From assembly GCF_024521635.1 (NCBI RefSeq), contig NW_026250424.1:124001-188000 (forward strand): DNA of 64,000 bases. The letters are read 5' to 3'. A model generated the notes under the pieces. That model saw only the letters and a list, made by a program, of their open reading frames with translations, had not been told where the DNA came from and ran no database searches. Source of the stretch: Tricharina praecox (lineage: Eukaryota). Each line of letters opens with the position of its first letter. The stretch's first letter is position 1. The position numbers were made by a program, and so were the translations under genes. Shown here piece after piece: positions 13,253 to 25,148 of the stretch.

Positions 13253-15270
13253 CTATCGACGCTCATCCCCATCCTCCTCGACCACTGCTTGCTCCGTCTT
13301 CAGCTCCCGATCCAGTGTCAACTCTCTAACCCAAATAGTGGCGAACAGGCCCGCCAGCGCAAACCCCAACATCGAGATCCACACGATCTGCAGTGCGTTC
13401 GTATATGCCTGCACGAATTGTGTTTTTAAGGGCCCACTAGGCATCCTCTTGATGAACCCTACGATGCCCACCGCATCGGTCGTATAGCCGTGTGCACCGC
13501 TCGCAAGCTCCGGGAACTTCTTCAATTCGTTCTTCAGCGCGTTCTGGAAGATCACCCCGCCCGCGGCGATGCCCAGGCCTTGCCCGACCCACCGCATGAA
13601 CGAGTACAGCCCGACGGCGGTGGCCATGTCTTTGTCCGAGGCGCCGGATTGGATGCAGTAGTTGGTACCGGGGAATACCATCCCAAGCCCGACGCCAGCA
13701 ACAACGTTCATGGGGATCCAGTGGCGCATCGGGGTGCCCACGTCGATCATGTACATTATCCCCATCCCAGTAGCGGTGAGCGACCAGCCACCCCAGAGAG
13801 CCCATCGGTAACGGCCGGTCTTGGTGATCAGGACGCCTGTGACGACGGCGGCTGGCATGACGGTGAAAGTCTCGGGGAAGCAGGCAAGGCCGGCTTGCAT
13901 GGGAGTGTAGCCTTTGACGAGCTCAAAGTAGATTGGGAGGTAATACAGTAGCGACCAAAGGATCAGCCCGGCTGTCGCCGCACTGAAGTAGCCAGCCGCC
14001 GCGTTGCGGTCCATGAACAAACGCATGTTGATGGTGGGATTTTCGGCGCCGTAGATTTCCCACAGGACGAAGATGGTCAGGCCGGCTAAGCCCGCTAGGA
14101 GTGGGAGCAGAGTTCGCCATGAGGACCAGGAGTACATCACACCTCCCCAAGACAGCGGGATGAGTAGCGATGTGGTCGAACTGACAAAAATGAAGGAGCC
14201 GAACCAATCCACTTTCATCAACTTCGCCAGCATGCCTTCCCGACGCAGCTTCAGCTTGACAAAAAGCGGTATCATGACAGCAAGCACGACGCAAAAGGGA
14301 ATCTGTAGGTATTTGCTCCCCGTATCAGCACCTGCACATACACATACTCTCTTGCTCCTCGGGGAACCCCCACATTGATCCAAAAAATCCACCTCCACGA
14401 AACCTCACCCGAGAATCCACCACCCACTACCGGCCCCGCCACCGACCCGAGCGAGTTTGTTCCCGAGAGGAAAGCAAAGTACTTTCCACGCTGCCGCATC
14501 GGCACACAATCAGTGATGACGATCTCCGCGAGCGCTATTAGGCCACCACCGCCGACTCCCTGGATACACCGGCCGACCAGTATCACGGTGAAATTATTGG
14601 CGAGTGCTGCTATGATCGCGCCTAGGGATGTGCTCAGTTTTTATTCCTTCCAGCTTCAAACAGAGGAATGGAGTGCACACCTGCGGTGAACAACGTGAGT
14701 GCAAAGATAATCACCGGCTTGCGACCAAAGATCCCCGAAAGCGACGACTGTCCCGCCACCATCCGTCAGTTCAATGGGGCCGCACGACACCCTCAAGAAG
14801 TTCCCATACCAGAGTGGGCTGAAAAACCGTTGCACACAATAGATACGACGTGCCCGCCCAGAAAGCCGTAATAGCATCCGCATTCAGCTCTTCCGCCATA
14901 ACCGGCAGCGCCACGGAAAGCGATGTCGCATCCAGGGCGATCAGCAACGTAACCTGTCACCCATCATCACCCCAATCAGTCTTGCATCTTTCCACTATCC
15001 CGTCCCCACCCCTAGCTCTAGGGCACTTACGGTACACATCGTAAGAACGATTAGCTTCACCCTCGTACTTGGCTTCCACTCGGTTGGCAGTGACGTCTGT
15101 GATGCCGACTTTTTCGTGATTGGCAGCTCGAGATTACTGTATCCGGAAGCGAGCGACGGTGGTCCTGTTGGTGACTCATCGCCCCACTCCCGCCATCGCT
15201 GCTGCGATGTGGGTGTGTCCGTCAGTTCGAAATCGTATCTGGGCTCGAAGGAAACTCGTTGGTGGGACAT
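13253..15270 (-). CDS. MFS drug:H+ antiporter (DHA2, 14-TM type), multi-exon
   Basis: ALDATSLSVALP, WAGTSYLL, GRCIQGVGGGG, GPVVGG..WRWIFWINV, DWFG, GRYRW motifs and many hydrophobic segments. Introns at ~15030-14954, ~14810-14750 and ~14680-14625. Confidence 0.92.
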
Positions 15271-16407
15271 AGTGAGCGGCGTAATAGGTTTTTGACTGTG
15301 CGGGGCTTGCGGGGACGTGCGAGCCCACGGCGATGTGCTACCTTTATGTTACGTTCTGCCAGTTGTGTTTCCACACCGAAGCGGTCATCCCGAGGGTGAG
15401 GGTGCGAGATTCACCGCCTTGCGGCCTAAAAACATGTCAGTGTAAAGTCCATGGAGGCGAGTGTTCTGCTGCGGTGTGTCTATGTATGTACATTTCGACT
15501 GGGATCGTGGCCACCCCGTAGTTACGCCTTACCGTCTGCAGCCGCGGAATACTTTATACCTCCCGCATCGTCGTCGAAACAAGTTGCTAAAGCGGATCAC
15601 CGTTGTTCTGCGAAGGATCCGAGCCCCGAAAAGACACTGTTCATCTAGTTGTTCGTTATTCATAGAACCCTCATATCATCCGTACCGTATCTCACGAAGG
15701 TTACCGTGGCTAGTAAACGCAGTTGGGAGTACATGATGTGTGGTAACTGGTCGAATCGAACCCTATAATACTATAGGCGCTACACGCCGTATATCGCCGC
15801 GGTACCCTTCTTTACGACACACCTGATCGACCACAAGAGACCCGGGAATAGGGTATCGAGATTCTCGTACCCATATATTAGACGGCAATATGACCAGCAT
15901 TCTGGGTCAATCTACTCGGATCCTCCGCCGGTAATCGTACAATTCAGACAAACGTGTCGCAGGGATTTAAGACTTCAACTGGTGATCCTCGTTCGCTGAC
16001 TCCATTCGGCTACGGTAGGAATTCCGTGCTGACGATGTTCATTGCTATTGGTGGAACGGGTGCTTCAGGCTACCTCCAGGAACTCTTTTCCGTTGTCCAG
16101 ACGACACTGCCCGGAGGGTATCGAAAGGTAAGCACTTATATGATATCCCGCAAGGCGATAGAGTACCTAGTGCTTGCAGGGTTTGGGGCACACGTGAGCA
16201 GATATAATGTAGACACTGACGTAGTCCTCTCGAGTGGCGCTGCAGTGACATATAGTAGGAATACGGGAAATTTCATGCGTGTAAATGGATAAGGTCGGAT
16301 GCGCCTCTTTTTCTCTGAATCCCTAGTTCTTACTCATCGAATTCATGTGATGTCACTCATGCGGCGAGCGAGCTCTCATGACTCGTGAGTCCCCATTCAT
16401 TCTTGCT

Positions 16408-16422
16408 TTTCGCGTCGCGAAA
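16408..16422. promoter_or_regulatory. Inverted pair of SCB-like CGCGAAA elements upstream of orphan gene A1
   Basis: TTTCGCG-T-CGCGAAA palindrome ~300 bp before the ATG at 16716. Function is inferred. Confidence 0.35.
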
Positions 16423-16715
16423 TTAATCGCACCTCAGTTACTTCCGTACAAACATGTCATCCTACGAGTCCCTATTCAATCTCGGCTCTTTGCGTTAAGT
16501 ATTTAATTCTCAGTCCATCCCATCCTTCTCTCCTACCATCTCTCCCACCATCTCCTCTTCTCATCTCTCGAGTTTACCACCCACGACCGACAACATCCAC
16601 TCTTCTGCAATTTTCGAATCGAAGTCGAACCAACCAGCCACTCACTACAGTAAGCCACCCGATCGATAATCCATCTTCTCTAATTGTGTTGACACCTCTG
16701 GAAAATCAAGAGAAA

Positions 16716-17540
16716 ATGGCTCCAAGAACAAGAAGCGCCTCACGGCCAAGAAGAAGCTCAAGAATCGTGGCAAAGCCAACTGCCAATAAGACCGCCGAGC
16801 AGAAGAAGAAGCCGGCGCCCAAGAAGGCTGCCGCAAAGCCTCAGGGCATCAGCAAGCGCGCCCCGAAGAAGGCTACCCCCAAGAAGTCCGCGCGCGCCAG
16901 GAAGCCCGCCGCTAAGAAGTCCGCGCCCGCCACTGTCCTCGCGCCCGCCACTGTCCTCGCACCCGCCGCCGTCCCCACGCCCGCTACTTTCCTGCCACCC
17001 GCCGCTCTTCCCACGCCCGCCGCTGTCCCCGCTCCCCCGTCGCCTCCTCCGCCTCCTCCGTCTCCTCCGTCTCCTCCGTCTCCTCACCCGGCCCCAGCCT
17101 TCGTCTTCGCTCCCACCCCGGGCACCACCAGATATACTTACCATCTCCCCGCCGATGACTCGGTCATCCATGCACTCAATGAGAGCCTGGTGGCGTGCCC
17201 GGAGCCGTCGGGTAAGTTGGAACGCTACGCGTTCCGCAACGAGGTTTTCCGTCGGGGTGAGATGCCCGGTATAAAGATGCACATCGAGGTCCCGGACACC
17301 TTGGGCTTCCTCGAGTGGCCCGAGGAGCTCAGGTGTCGGGCCCCTGGCTGGGAGGGGTATGTCGGAGCGGAAAGGGCACGCAGCCTCGCTGCTTTGCGGG
17401 GTTACAAGAAAGAGACAGTTGAGGAGAGCGAGGAGAGCGAAGAGAGCGAGCAGGAGGAGGAGCTGTCCTCGGGTGAAGAGGAGGAGCTGTCGCCAGGAGA
17501 AGTGGAGGAGCTGCCGACGGGAGAGGAAGAATCAGTTTAG
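16716..17540 (+). CDS. Orphan gene A, copy 1: Lys/Arg-rich N-terminus, Pro-rich linker, ~90-aa globular region, acidic tail
   Basis: Intact 274-codon ORF (MAPRTRSASRPRRSSRI...). Probable 5'UTR intron GTAAG(16650)...AG. The paralog at 19545 conserves the protein sequence (DDSVI.AL.ESL..CPEPSG...RY.FRNEVFRRGEMP.GI.MHIEVPDTL). Confidence 0.7.
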   Translation: MAPRTRSASRPRRSSRIVAKPTANKTAEQKKKPAPKKAAAKPQGISKRAPKKATPKKSARARKPAAKKSAPATVLAPATVLAPAAVPTPATFLPPAALPTPAAVPAPPSPPPPPPSPPSPPSPHPAPAFVFAPTPGTTRYTYHLPADDSVIHALNESLVACPEPSGKLERYAFRNEVFRRGEMPGIKMHIEVPDTLGFLEWPEELRCRAPGWEGYVGAERARSLAALRGYKKETVEESEESEESEQEEELSSGEEEELSPGEVEELPTGEEESV

Positions 17541-18338
17541 TAGTGGCAGCAACGTTGGCGGGGTCGTCTTCTTCTCCTGTTTTTTTTCTTTTCTTTTTTT
17601 CCCGATCATAATCTATAATAAACGATCAACCACTATCTTCTCTTTCTCCTTTCTTCGTCTCTCTACCCGCCGCTTTCCAGCCTGGAGAGGCATTGGCGAA
17701 AGAGCCCTCGCAAAAACGACGAGGCGGCTCTTCGCCCACTGGAGGTACTGGCCGATGCGGCAGTTTCCTTTCTTCAGCTGGTAGAATCTTCCATCTGACC
17801 TCAATGGTGATCTCGGTCTCCCTCCGGCGGCGTGTGGCGATGTGCTTCAACGGGTGCCTGGATGAGGCACTTCTGGTGGATAAAATGTGGTGTGGGAGGC
17901 TACCTATCTGTATTATTTTACTCTTCTCTTAGTGTGATATGAAAGCTTTTCCGATTCGAGAAACACCATCAATTCACGAGAGAAAATAGGTACGTATAAA
18001 GAAAGAGAAGAAGATGCTGCCACTGCTCTTTTCAACCACTGGAACCCTTACAGTTCGCGTGCTAGGGACGTTGTCGGGCTCTATATAAAGTTCTTCGGCA
18101 TCGATATTTCAATCTCCCACAGATAACCCATTTGAATCCTAGCGCCCACAACTCAGTGAGGCCATTTGAATGGAGTAGGTATCTTAAAGTGCTTCAGTCG
18201 TGAACAGAGTCCAGGCATCCAACCAGCAGCATAAAGCATCACTCCGCAGCACCCACAATCCCAGCCCCCTCCCCAATCTGTCAAAAGAACACCTAATCCC
18301 TCTGGAGCCATTCCCGACAAAAAAAACAACCAACCATT

Positions 18339-18734
18339 ATGTCTCACGCTTCTCAACTCTCCGATTCTCAGCTCTCCGGTTTCCAGCTCTCCGATTCCGA
18401 ACCAATCAACAAAGATACCGGCCAGGTTCAGGGTATCAAAGCCGGCAACAGCAACAGCAACCCTAGTACCGCGCCACCAAGCGCCGCACAACGACCAGCC
18501 GGAATCCTCAAGCCACCAGGCTGCAGCAACTGTCAAACTCCTTCTCCATCTACCGTGAAGAAGAAGAAGAAGCACGTGAGATTCACCGAGAATCTCCCGG
18601 GAGCGGCTGGCCAGAAAATCGGCTTGGACGTCTAGGAGCGAGTCACGGCCTATGATGTACTTTTGATGTGTGTTACTGCGGTGCTGATGGAGATGGGTGT
18701 AGGGGTCGTTGCAGGGGTGTGTGGATTGATTTGA
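18339..18734 (+). pseudogene. Orphan gene B, copy 1, with an in-frame TAG (18633-18635) before the C-terminal TM segment
   Basis: MSHASQLSDS..GILKPPGCSNC..KKKKKHVRFTENLPGA. The frame continues past the TAG for 32 codons matching the paralog's tail, to TGA 18732-18734. TATA at ~18082. Confidence 0.65.
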
Positions 18735-19544
18735 GGGAAGGAATGATGGGTGGGATGGATGGGATGGGTGCGGTTTAGTCGCGGACGTTGGATTCAATTG
18801 TGCTTGATAGATCTTGCTGTGGTTGTTTGTGGATGCGGAATGAAGCTGAACGCTTGATGTAGGTCCTACGATTTAGCGCATAGAATATTAAGTGGGTTTT
18901 GTAAAACTTGTCACGCCAACGGTAGGATATCAGTGCTGGAACAGCGAGGGCACGGCCGTTTGTGATAGTAGAGTAGTGCCTGCTGAGATTATTGTCCCGG
19001 TTCGATCGGATGAGGAAACTATCGATGTAGCGACGTCCGCGATGGTAATTCCAGTCGAAGGGGGGGAGGGGGGGTCGCGACGCAAGTTGGCTTGCTTACA
19101 ACAGCATGGCGACCCCACTAAGCTAGCTGTGTTCGCAGGTAGTGACCGAGTGATGCTCCCTGAAGTAGTCTTTCCATCCAAAATACTAGTGCCTCCGAGG
19201 TTCCTTATAAAGGTTCTACTTCCGTCTCCTCTCTCTCTCCCTCACTTTCTTCTCCACATCTCCTTCAACCTACGATCAAATTCCTTGCACGCAATTTCGA
19301 ATCTCCGACTTCATTTTCCTACGATCCAAGTTCTTACACTAGAATTCGAATTTGCGATTTCACTTTCCAAAAACTTGCCTCCTTCGTTGATCGAGATGGC
19401 GAACGGCTCAGCCGATTACCTCTAGCTCCTCGAGCTCCTCTTACTTCCGACTTCACATTGAACTCGCTACTCGCTACAGTAAGATACCCGATATATCATC
19501 CTTCTTCTCTAATTGTGTTGACATCTTTGGAAAATCAAGAGAAA

Positions 19545-20100
19545 ATGGCGCCTAGAACCGGAAGCGCCACACGGCCAAGAAGCTCCAGAATCGCGGAAAA
19601 GGCAACCGCCAATAAGACCGCCGAGAAGAAGAAGCCGGCGCCCGAGAAGGTTGCCGCAAAGCCCAAGGGCATTAGCAAGCGCGCCCCGAAGAAGCGCGCC
19701 CCAAAAAGCCCGCCGCCACCTCCACTGGCCGCGGCCTACGCCTCAGACCCTGGCTTTACCGGGCACACCTACCATCCTCCCGTCGATGACTCGGTCATCG
19801 AGGCCCTCAAGGAGAGCCTCGAGGTGTGCCCGGAACCGTCCGGTCGGGTGCGACGCTACCCGTTCCGGAACGAGGTTTTCCGTCGGGGCGAGATGCCCCG
19901 GGGCATCAGAATGCACATCGAGGTGCCCGACACCTTGGACTTCGAGGCGCTCAGGTGTCGTACCCCTCGCTAGGGGGGGTTACATTAGAGAGCAGAGGGC
20001 ACGCAGCATCGCCGCTTTGCGAAGCTACGATACCGCCCAAGTGACGGTGTGGCGGAACGGGAGGAGGGAGCGGGAGGAGGAAGAGCTGTTGGCGGGGTAG
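19545..20100 (+). pseudogene. Orphan gene A, copy 2: TGG>TAG at 19971 plus +1 frameshift in the adjacent G-run
   Basis: Aligns with A1. LRCRTPR* corresponds to LRCRAPGW, and the homologous continuation YIREQRARSIAALRSY is in the +1 frame. Confidence 0.7.
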
Positions 20101-20594
20101 TCCTTTTTTTTCTTTCTCAATCGTCATCTACAGAATATACGATCAACCACTATCTCCTCTTTCTCCTTGTGTGTTCTTCTTCTCTCGACTCGCCGCTTTC
20201 CGGCTGGAGAGGCATTGGCGGAACAGCCCTCGCAAAACCTGGATGGCGTACTTCTAGTGAAGGAAATATGGCGTGCGAGGCTATCTGTATTCTTTTACTC
20301 TTCTCTCTGTGATATGAAAGCTGTTTCGATCTGACAAACACTGGCGTGAATTCAAAAATGAAAATACGTATAAACAAAAGAGAAGATGATGCTGCCACCG
20401 CTCGTTTCAACCACTGGAACCCTTAGAATGTGCTCACAGTTCACGTAGGTACTAAGGAGATCCTCGGGCTCCATATAAACAGACATCTCACCAGCACGAT
20501 AAGCACCACTCCGCAGCTTCCATAATCACCTCCTGAATCCGTCAAAAAAACACCCAATCCCTCAGCGGCCATTCCCGACAAACAACAACCGACC

Positions 20595-20948
20595 ATGTCT
20601 TACGCTGCCCGGCTCTCCGATTCTGAACGCATCAGTAGTCAGGTTCACGTTACCAAATGTCCGCTTTGCGCCGGCAACAGCAACAGCATCCCTAGTACCG
20701 CGTCACCAAGGGCTCCCAGACAACCAGCCGGAGTCCTCAAGCCACCAGGCTGCAGCGGCTGCAGGCCTCCTTCATCTACCGCCACGAAGAAGAAGCACGT
20801 GAGGTTTACGGAGGATCTCCCGGGGGCGGGCGGACAGAAGAGAAGCTTGGACGTTAAGGAGCGAGCCACGGCCCGTGATCTACTTTCCATGGCTGCTGTC
20901 GTGATGCTGGTTGTGGGGGTCGTTGCGGGGGTTCTAGGATTGATATGA
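20595..20948 (+). CDS. Orphan gene B, copy 2: 117-aa tail-anchored protein with CxxC pairs and GVLK / KKHVRF motifs
   Basis: Intact ORF, C-terminal hydrophobic helix (MAAVVMLVVGVVAGVLGLI), conserved with B1, TATA-like CATATAAA at ~20472. Confidence 0.7.
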   Translation: MSYAARLSDSERISSQVHVTKCPLCAGNSNSIPSTASPRAPRQPAGVLKPPGCSGCRPPSSTATKKKHVRFTEDLPGAGGQKRSLDVKERATARDLLSMAAVVMLVVGVVAGVLGLI

Positions 20949-21513
20949 GGGCGGAATGGTGAGTGGGATGGGTGCAGTATGGACACGGATGTTGGGTTCC
21001 CTTGTGCTTGATAGCTCTACAGGTTGCGAGATAACTATGGTGGTGCGGAATGGAGCTGAACTCTTGACGGATGTTTTGCGATGGCACCGCTGGTTGTAGT
21101 AGTAGAAGTGCCTGCTGAGAATATTTTTCCGGTTTGATCGGATGAGCAAACTATCGAAGCAGAAACGGCCAAAATTGTCATTCCAGTCCAGCGCGGGGCA
21201 GGTTACAGCACACGTTTGCTTGCCTACAACATCAAGGCGACCCCACTCAGCTAGTTGTGCGCGGGAAGTGACCGAGTGATGCTCTCCAAACTAGTCTACC
21301 ATCAAAAAACACTAGTGCCTCGGAGGTTCCTTATAAAGGTTCCACTTCCGCCTCCTAGCTCCCTTCCTTTCTTCTCCACGTCTCCCTCAACCTACGAACC
21401 AAGTTCTTGCAATAGAATTCGAATTTTCCGAATTTACTTTCCAAAAACTTTCTTCGTACCTTGATCGAGATGGCGAACGGCTCTGCCAATTTTCTCCCTC
21501 CTCCTCCAGCTCC

Positions 21514-23693
21514 TTGAGCTTATCTTCTCCTTCTTTTCCTCCTCCTCCTAGTGCTTTGACCGGTGCTTCTGGAGCGAGCTCGACAGCTGCCAGCGGGCAT
21601 GCAACGGCGATGGCTGGTCCGGGTGATGCTGCTCCAGTTACTCCCGGGTTGACCTTGCTCGCTGGTGCTGGTCAAGAGCCTGCTCCCGGCCCGACTGCTC
21701 CCAGAAAACGTGCGACGAGAAAAGCTGGCAAGGGTAAAGCCGTCCCAGCTTCTTCCGGTCTGAGCACGTCGGCTGGTGGGAGTCCTGCGGGTGTTGCACC
21801 TGGTTCAGCGAAACCAGTTGGTGGTAAGGAGCGCAAGGTTGCAACCCGTGCGTTGAAGTCCCAAGCTTCTTCTGCACCTACTTCCTCCTGCACCGCCCCA
21901 GTTGCTTCCGGCCCTGCCACGGCGCAGGCTGGCCATGCGACGGCTGCTTCTGGTCCGACTCCGGCCGCTCCAGTCGCTTCCGGTTCGACCGTGGCCGCTG
22001 TGTCGGGTGAGGCAACGGCTGCTCCTGTGGGTCAGGCGCCCAGTGCTGTGCGTCAGCCTGGAGTGGCAATGGTGAGCTCTGCTCCCATGGTTCTATCCTC
22101 GGCGCCTTCTCAACTGGGCCAGGCCAGTCAAGCTTCTCCCCCTGCTCCTGCAGCTCTTCCGGCCAAAGAAAAAGATACTGAAGAGATTCAGTACCTCAAG
22201 TATTTGGTCGCTTCTGCCAATTGGGCAAAGCATCAAGGAAATCTCGATGACCTCGAGACCATCTTTGCGGAGCTGTTGGAGATCAGGAAGGTGCACCTGC
22301 CCATGCGAAAGGACCTGCCGGGGGAAGTCCACGTGTGTGCAAGAGACGCTCAGAATGCGCTTCGCAGGTTAGGTGCTCGTGGAACGAAGGTGGCCCACCC
22401 CGCTGGAAATAGCGTCGTGAGTGTGGCACCTTGCGTTTCCACCGCCCAGACTGCTGCTGCTTCCACGTCCGCGTCTGCGACTACGATTGCGACAAAGGCC
22501 CATCCATTGGTTGCGCCTGCGTTTACATTGGCGCCAAGGACAACGACTGCGGTTCAGCAGCAGAACCAGCGGAGCGCTTCAAGTGCCCTCAGTGCACCCT
22601 CCGCTGCACACCCTCCGCTGCACACACGCCGGCAGCCCCTCCAGCGTCAAGCCTCAATCCTTCGGCGATTCCCGTGGGAACTGCAGAGATGCAGTATCTC
22701 CGGGACTTGGCCACTGAAGCCAGGAGATTGGCTAATGATGATGGATACAATGGGTTCGAGAGGATCGAAGGTATCCTTCAGATGTTGAAAAACATCAAGG
22801 AGGCGGATTTGCCGCGCCGTCCGGATTTTCCCGTGGGGGTTGTCCGGGCGGTGGATACTATTCTTGGGGTGGTATCCAGGTGCAGGTTTGAAGTGATCGC
22901 TTCTAGACCTGCGCAAGGTTCTGGACCTTCTGGTCCGTCGTGGACTTCGTCTCCGCTGTTGGCCGAAAAGCCACAGCTGGAGATAGAGTAGGAGCCGACA
23001 CCTCCATGCCCCCCTGTCGGCCCTTGTGGTCCGACACTAGCACTGCCAATCGCGGCAGCGCTGCCAGTTGCTGGCCCCGTGGCAGCACCGGCAGTGCCGA
23101 AGGTAGCAGCTCTCCCGGTCGCTGGCCCCGTTGCGGCAGCGCCGGCTCCTCGCAAGATCTTGCTCGCGCAGGAACCTGCTCTGGTCACTGGCCCCGTTGT
23201 GGCAGCGCCAGCTCCGGCCCCACAGCTGTTGTTCCGACAAAAGCCTGTTCTTCTCCCAGCTGGACCATCGAGTCCACTGGTTCCGATCCCTACGGAGATT
23301 GGAAGACGACCGAACGCAGTCGTACCTCTTCGGAGGCACGTCTATGTTTCTGCCCGGCAGCCGCCTCTTCATCCCCGCCTGAACCAGACACCCGTCAGTG
23401 ATGACAGCAGTGCTCTGGCTGCTGACGCGTTTTCGCCGAAGCAGAAGGTTAGGGTGGTGCGAGGGGTGCCGCGGCAGCGTGCACTGGAGGCACCTGGTCC
23501 TGCACCCGCGGTCGTGTCCCTACCCGCCATACGGGCCTGGCGAGAGCCTAGCCCCGTGGTCCCGGTGGTGGATGAGAGGATGAGGGTGGAGGAGGAGCGG
23601 AGAGCAACGCTGTACGATGCGGTGTTCGGGTTGGAGGTGTCGATGGTTCTGGCGACGGGCTATGGGTTGGTGGCGGGCCTCTGGGTGTGGTAG
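21514..23693 (+). pseudogene. Orphan gene C: Ala/Pro/Ser-rich protein with two copies of a ~60-aa helical domain and a C-terminal TM; interrupted; start uncertain
   Basis: Three ORFs join if one copy of a 14-nt tandem duplication (22597-22624) is removed and TAG 22989-22991 is read through. TATAAA at 21332. Confidence 0.6.
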
Positions 23694-24909
23694 AGGAGGC
23701 CGGCGGCGGCGGCGTGGTTGTGGTTTCCTGAGCCCCTCTGCCCTGGGACACGAAAGTGTTCGCATGGAGCATGAAATTTGCCAGGTGGAAAAAATGCTCA
23801 AAGATTGGAACAGCGAGCGACCGAGATGCAGATATGTTCAGCTGTGCTTGGAGGATAGAGAACGCGTAATCAAGCAAATTTGAACTTCCGGGTGGAGAGT
23901 GTGCCTTAAACCATCATTAGAACCACCATAGTGAAATTGAAACCATTTATTAGCACCTAAAGAATAACCCTATCTAAGTATGTAGTCACAGCCGTAATCC
24001 GAGGTGTTGGTGGTGCGACTTGGTGGGTGGAGGACTGGCTATTTCTAAGGCGATTTTGGAACTCCAGTGCGTTACGATCCATGGGATAACGTGATAGAGT
24101 AGGCAGGTGGTAGTATGCCCATATGTACATACATGCTACTGGCCGGCGATCATGAACCAGAGCAGCATCAGCTACTTGATCCTTCAGTTAAACGTTTCAT
24201 GGTTGTGGGCACCATATCAACGTAGGTATGAAAACCACAATGGCATACCACCGGGCATGGACGATAAGCGCGTTGCTCATACTTCTGCCACCGGCGCATT
24301 GTGGCTATAATCGCAATCAACATTCTTCCTGTACGGAAAAAACCCCGCGTGGCCTAGCGGTCACGCACCCTGCGGAGTTAGCATGGACAACGGTCCATCT
24401 ATTAGGGTTTCCAAGCCACCCACCGGGGATGGTGAAGGTTTTTGGTTCGAGCGACGCCGTGGTTCGGGTTTTTTGTTTTGTTGCTTGCCACATAGATAAG
24501 TAGATCATGGCGATACAAGGCCACAGTTCGGCACAGTGTATCACTCGCCGCTGTTTTGTTTTTGTTTAATCATCATTGGATTCGACCTTAGTAGATTATG
24601 GCTGATTACATAACTATAGATGTAGAGTACCTATCCGTTTCCACCCGTCTGTTACCACCGACCGCTGGCCGCGAGCTCGATAACTACCACCTCCCTATTG
24701 CTCTCCGAATGAATGAAAGAAGGTATTCATTAGCCCAGTTCTCATCCCGTCCAACCTCCTGTGAGCTCAACTAAGATATCCAATTCCTCTTTCCTCCCTC
24801 CCGTGTTTCCAATGTCCTATGGGGGTATCGATTGTCGGGATGATAGCCAACAGTTGTTCAGGATCTGTGATCTACATATCATGTCACTCGCTTTTGGCTA
24901 CTTTTGTGG

Positions 24910-25148
24910 TGTTGATATTACGCGCCTAATTACCTGTTCCGGTGTCATTGCGACTTTCCACTGTGCCTTTGAATACTGCCCTTATTTTCTTCGTGACTGC
25001 TTAGCATTGTCCATGACCTCTCATCAGAGTCAGCCTCTTAAGCCTTCAAGCCCCCAACCCAGTCCGGTGACGGCTGTCGGCGCATCCTCTGTCTAAAGCC
25101 CGGCTTCCTCGTTGTATGCACGAGCTTGTTTCCTTTGTAAGCAGTCTT
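24910..25148 (+). repeat. Dispersed ~240-bp direct repeat, copy 1
   Basis: Matches 31908-32159 (ttgatattacgcg..ttccactgt..tctcatcaga..cccagtccgg..cctctgtct..gcccggcttcctcgt..cacgagct..taagcagtctt). Confidence 0.85.

Larger units (their letters stand above)
16625..19440 (+). repeat. Tandem segmental duplication, copy 1 (gene A1, gene B1, promoter and start of gene C)
   Basis: Colinear similarity with 19470-21520 in coding and intergenic DNA, e.g. ctctaattgtgttgaca..ggaaaatcaagagaaaatggc, ttcaaccactggaaccctta, ggttccttataaaggttc, ttgatcgagatggcgaacggctc. Confidence 0.92.
19470..21520 (+). repeat. Tandem segmental duplication, copy 2 (gene A2, gene B2, promoter of gene C)
   Basis: Colinear with 16625-19440, with several internal deletions. 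Confidence 0.92.

Noticed and set aside
15954..16292. 112-aa GTG-start ORF upstream of the duplicated cassette
   Set aside because: No ATG, no motif, and not present in the second copy.
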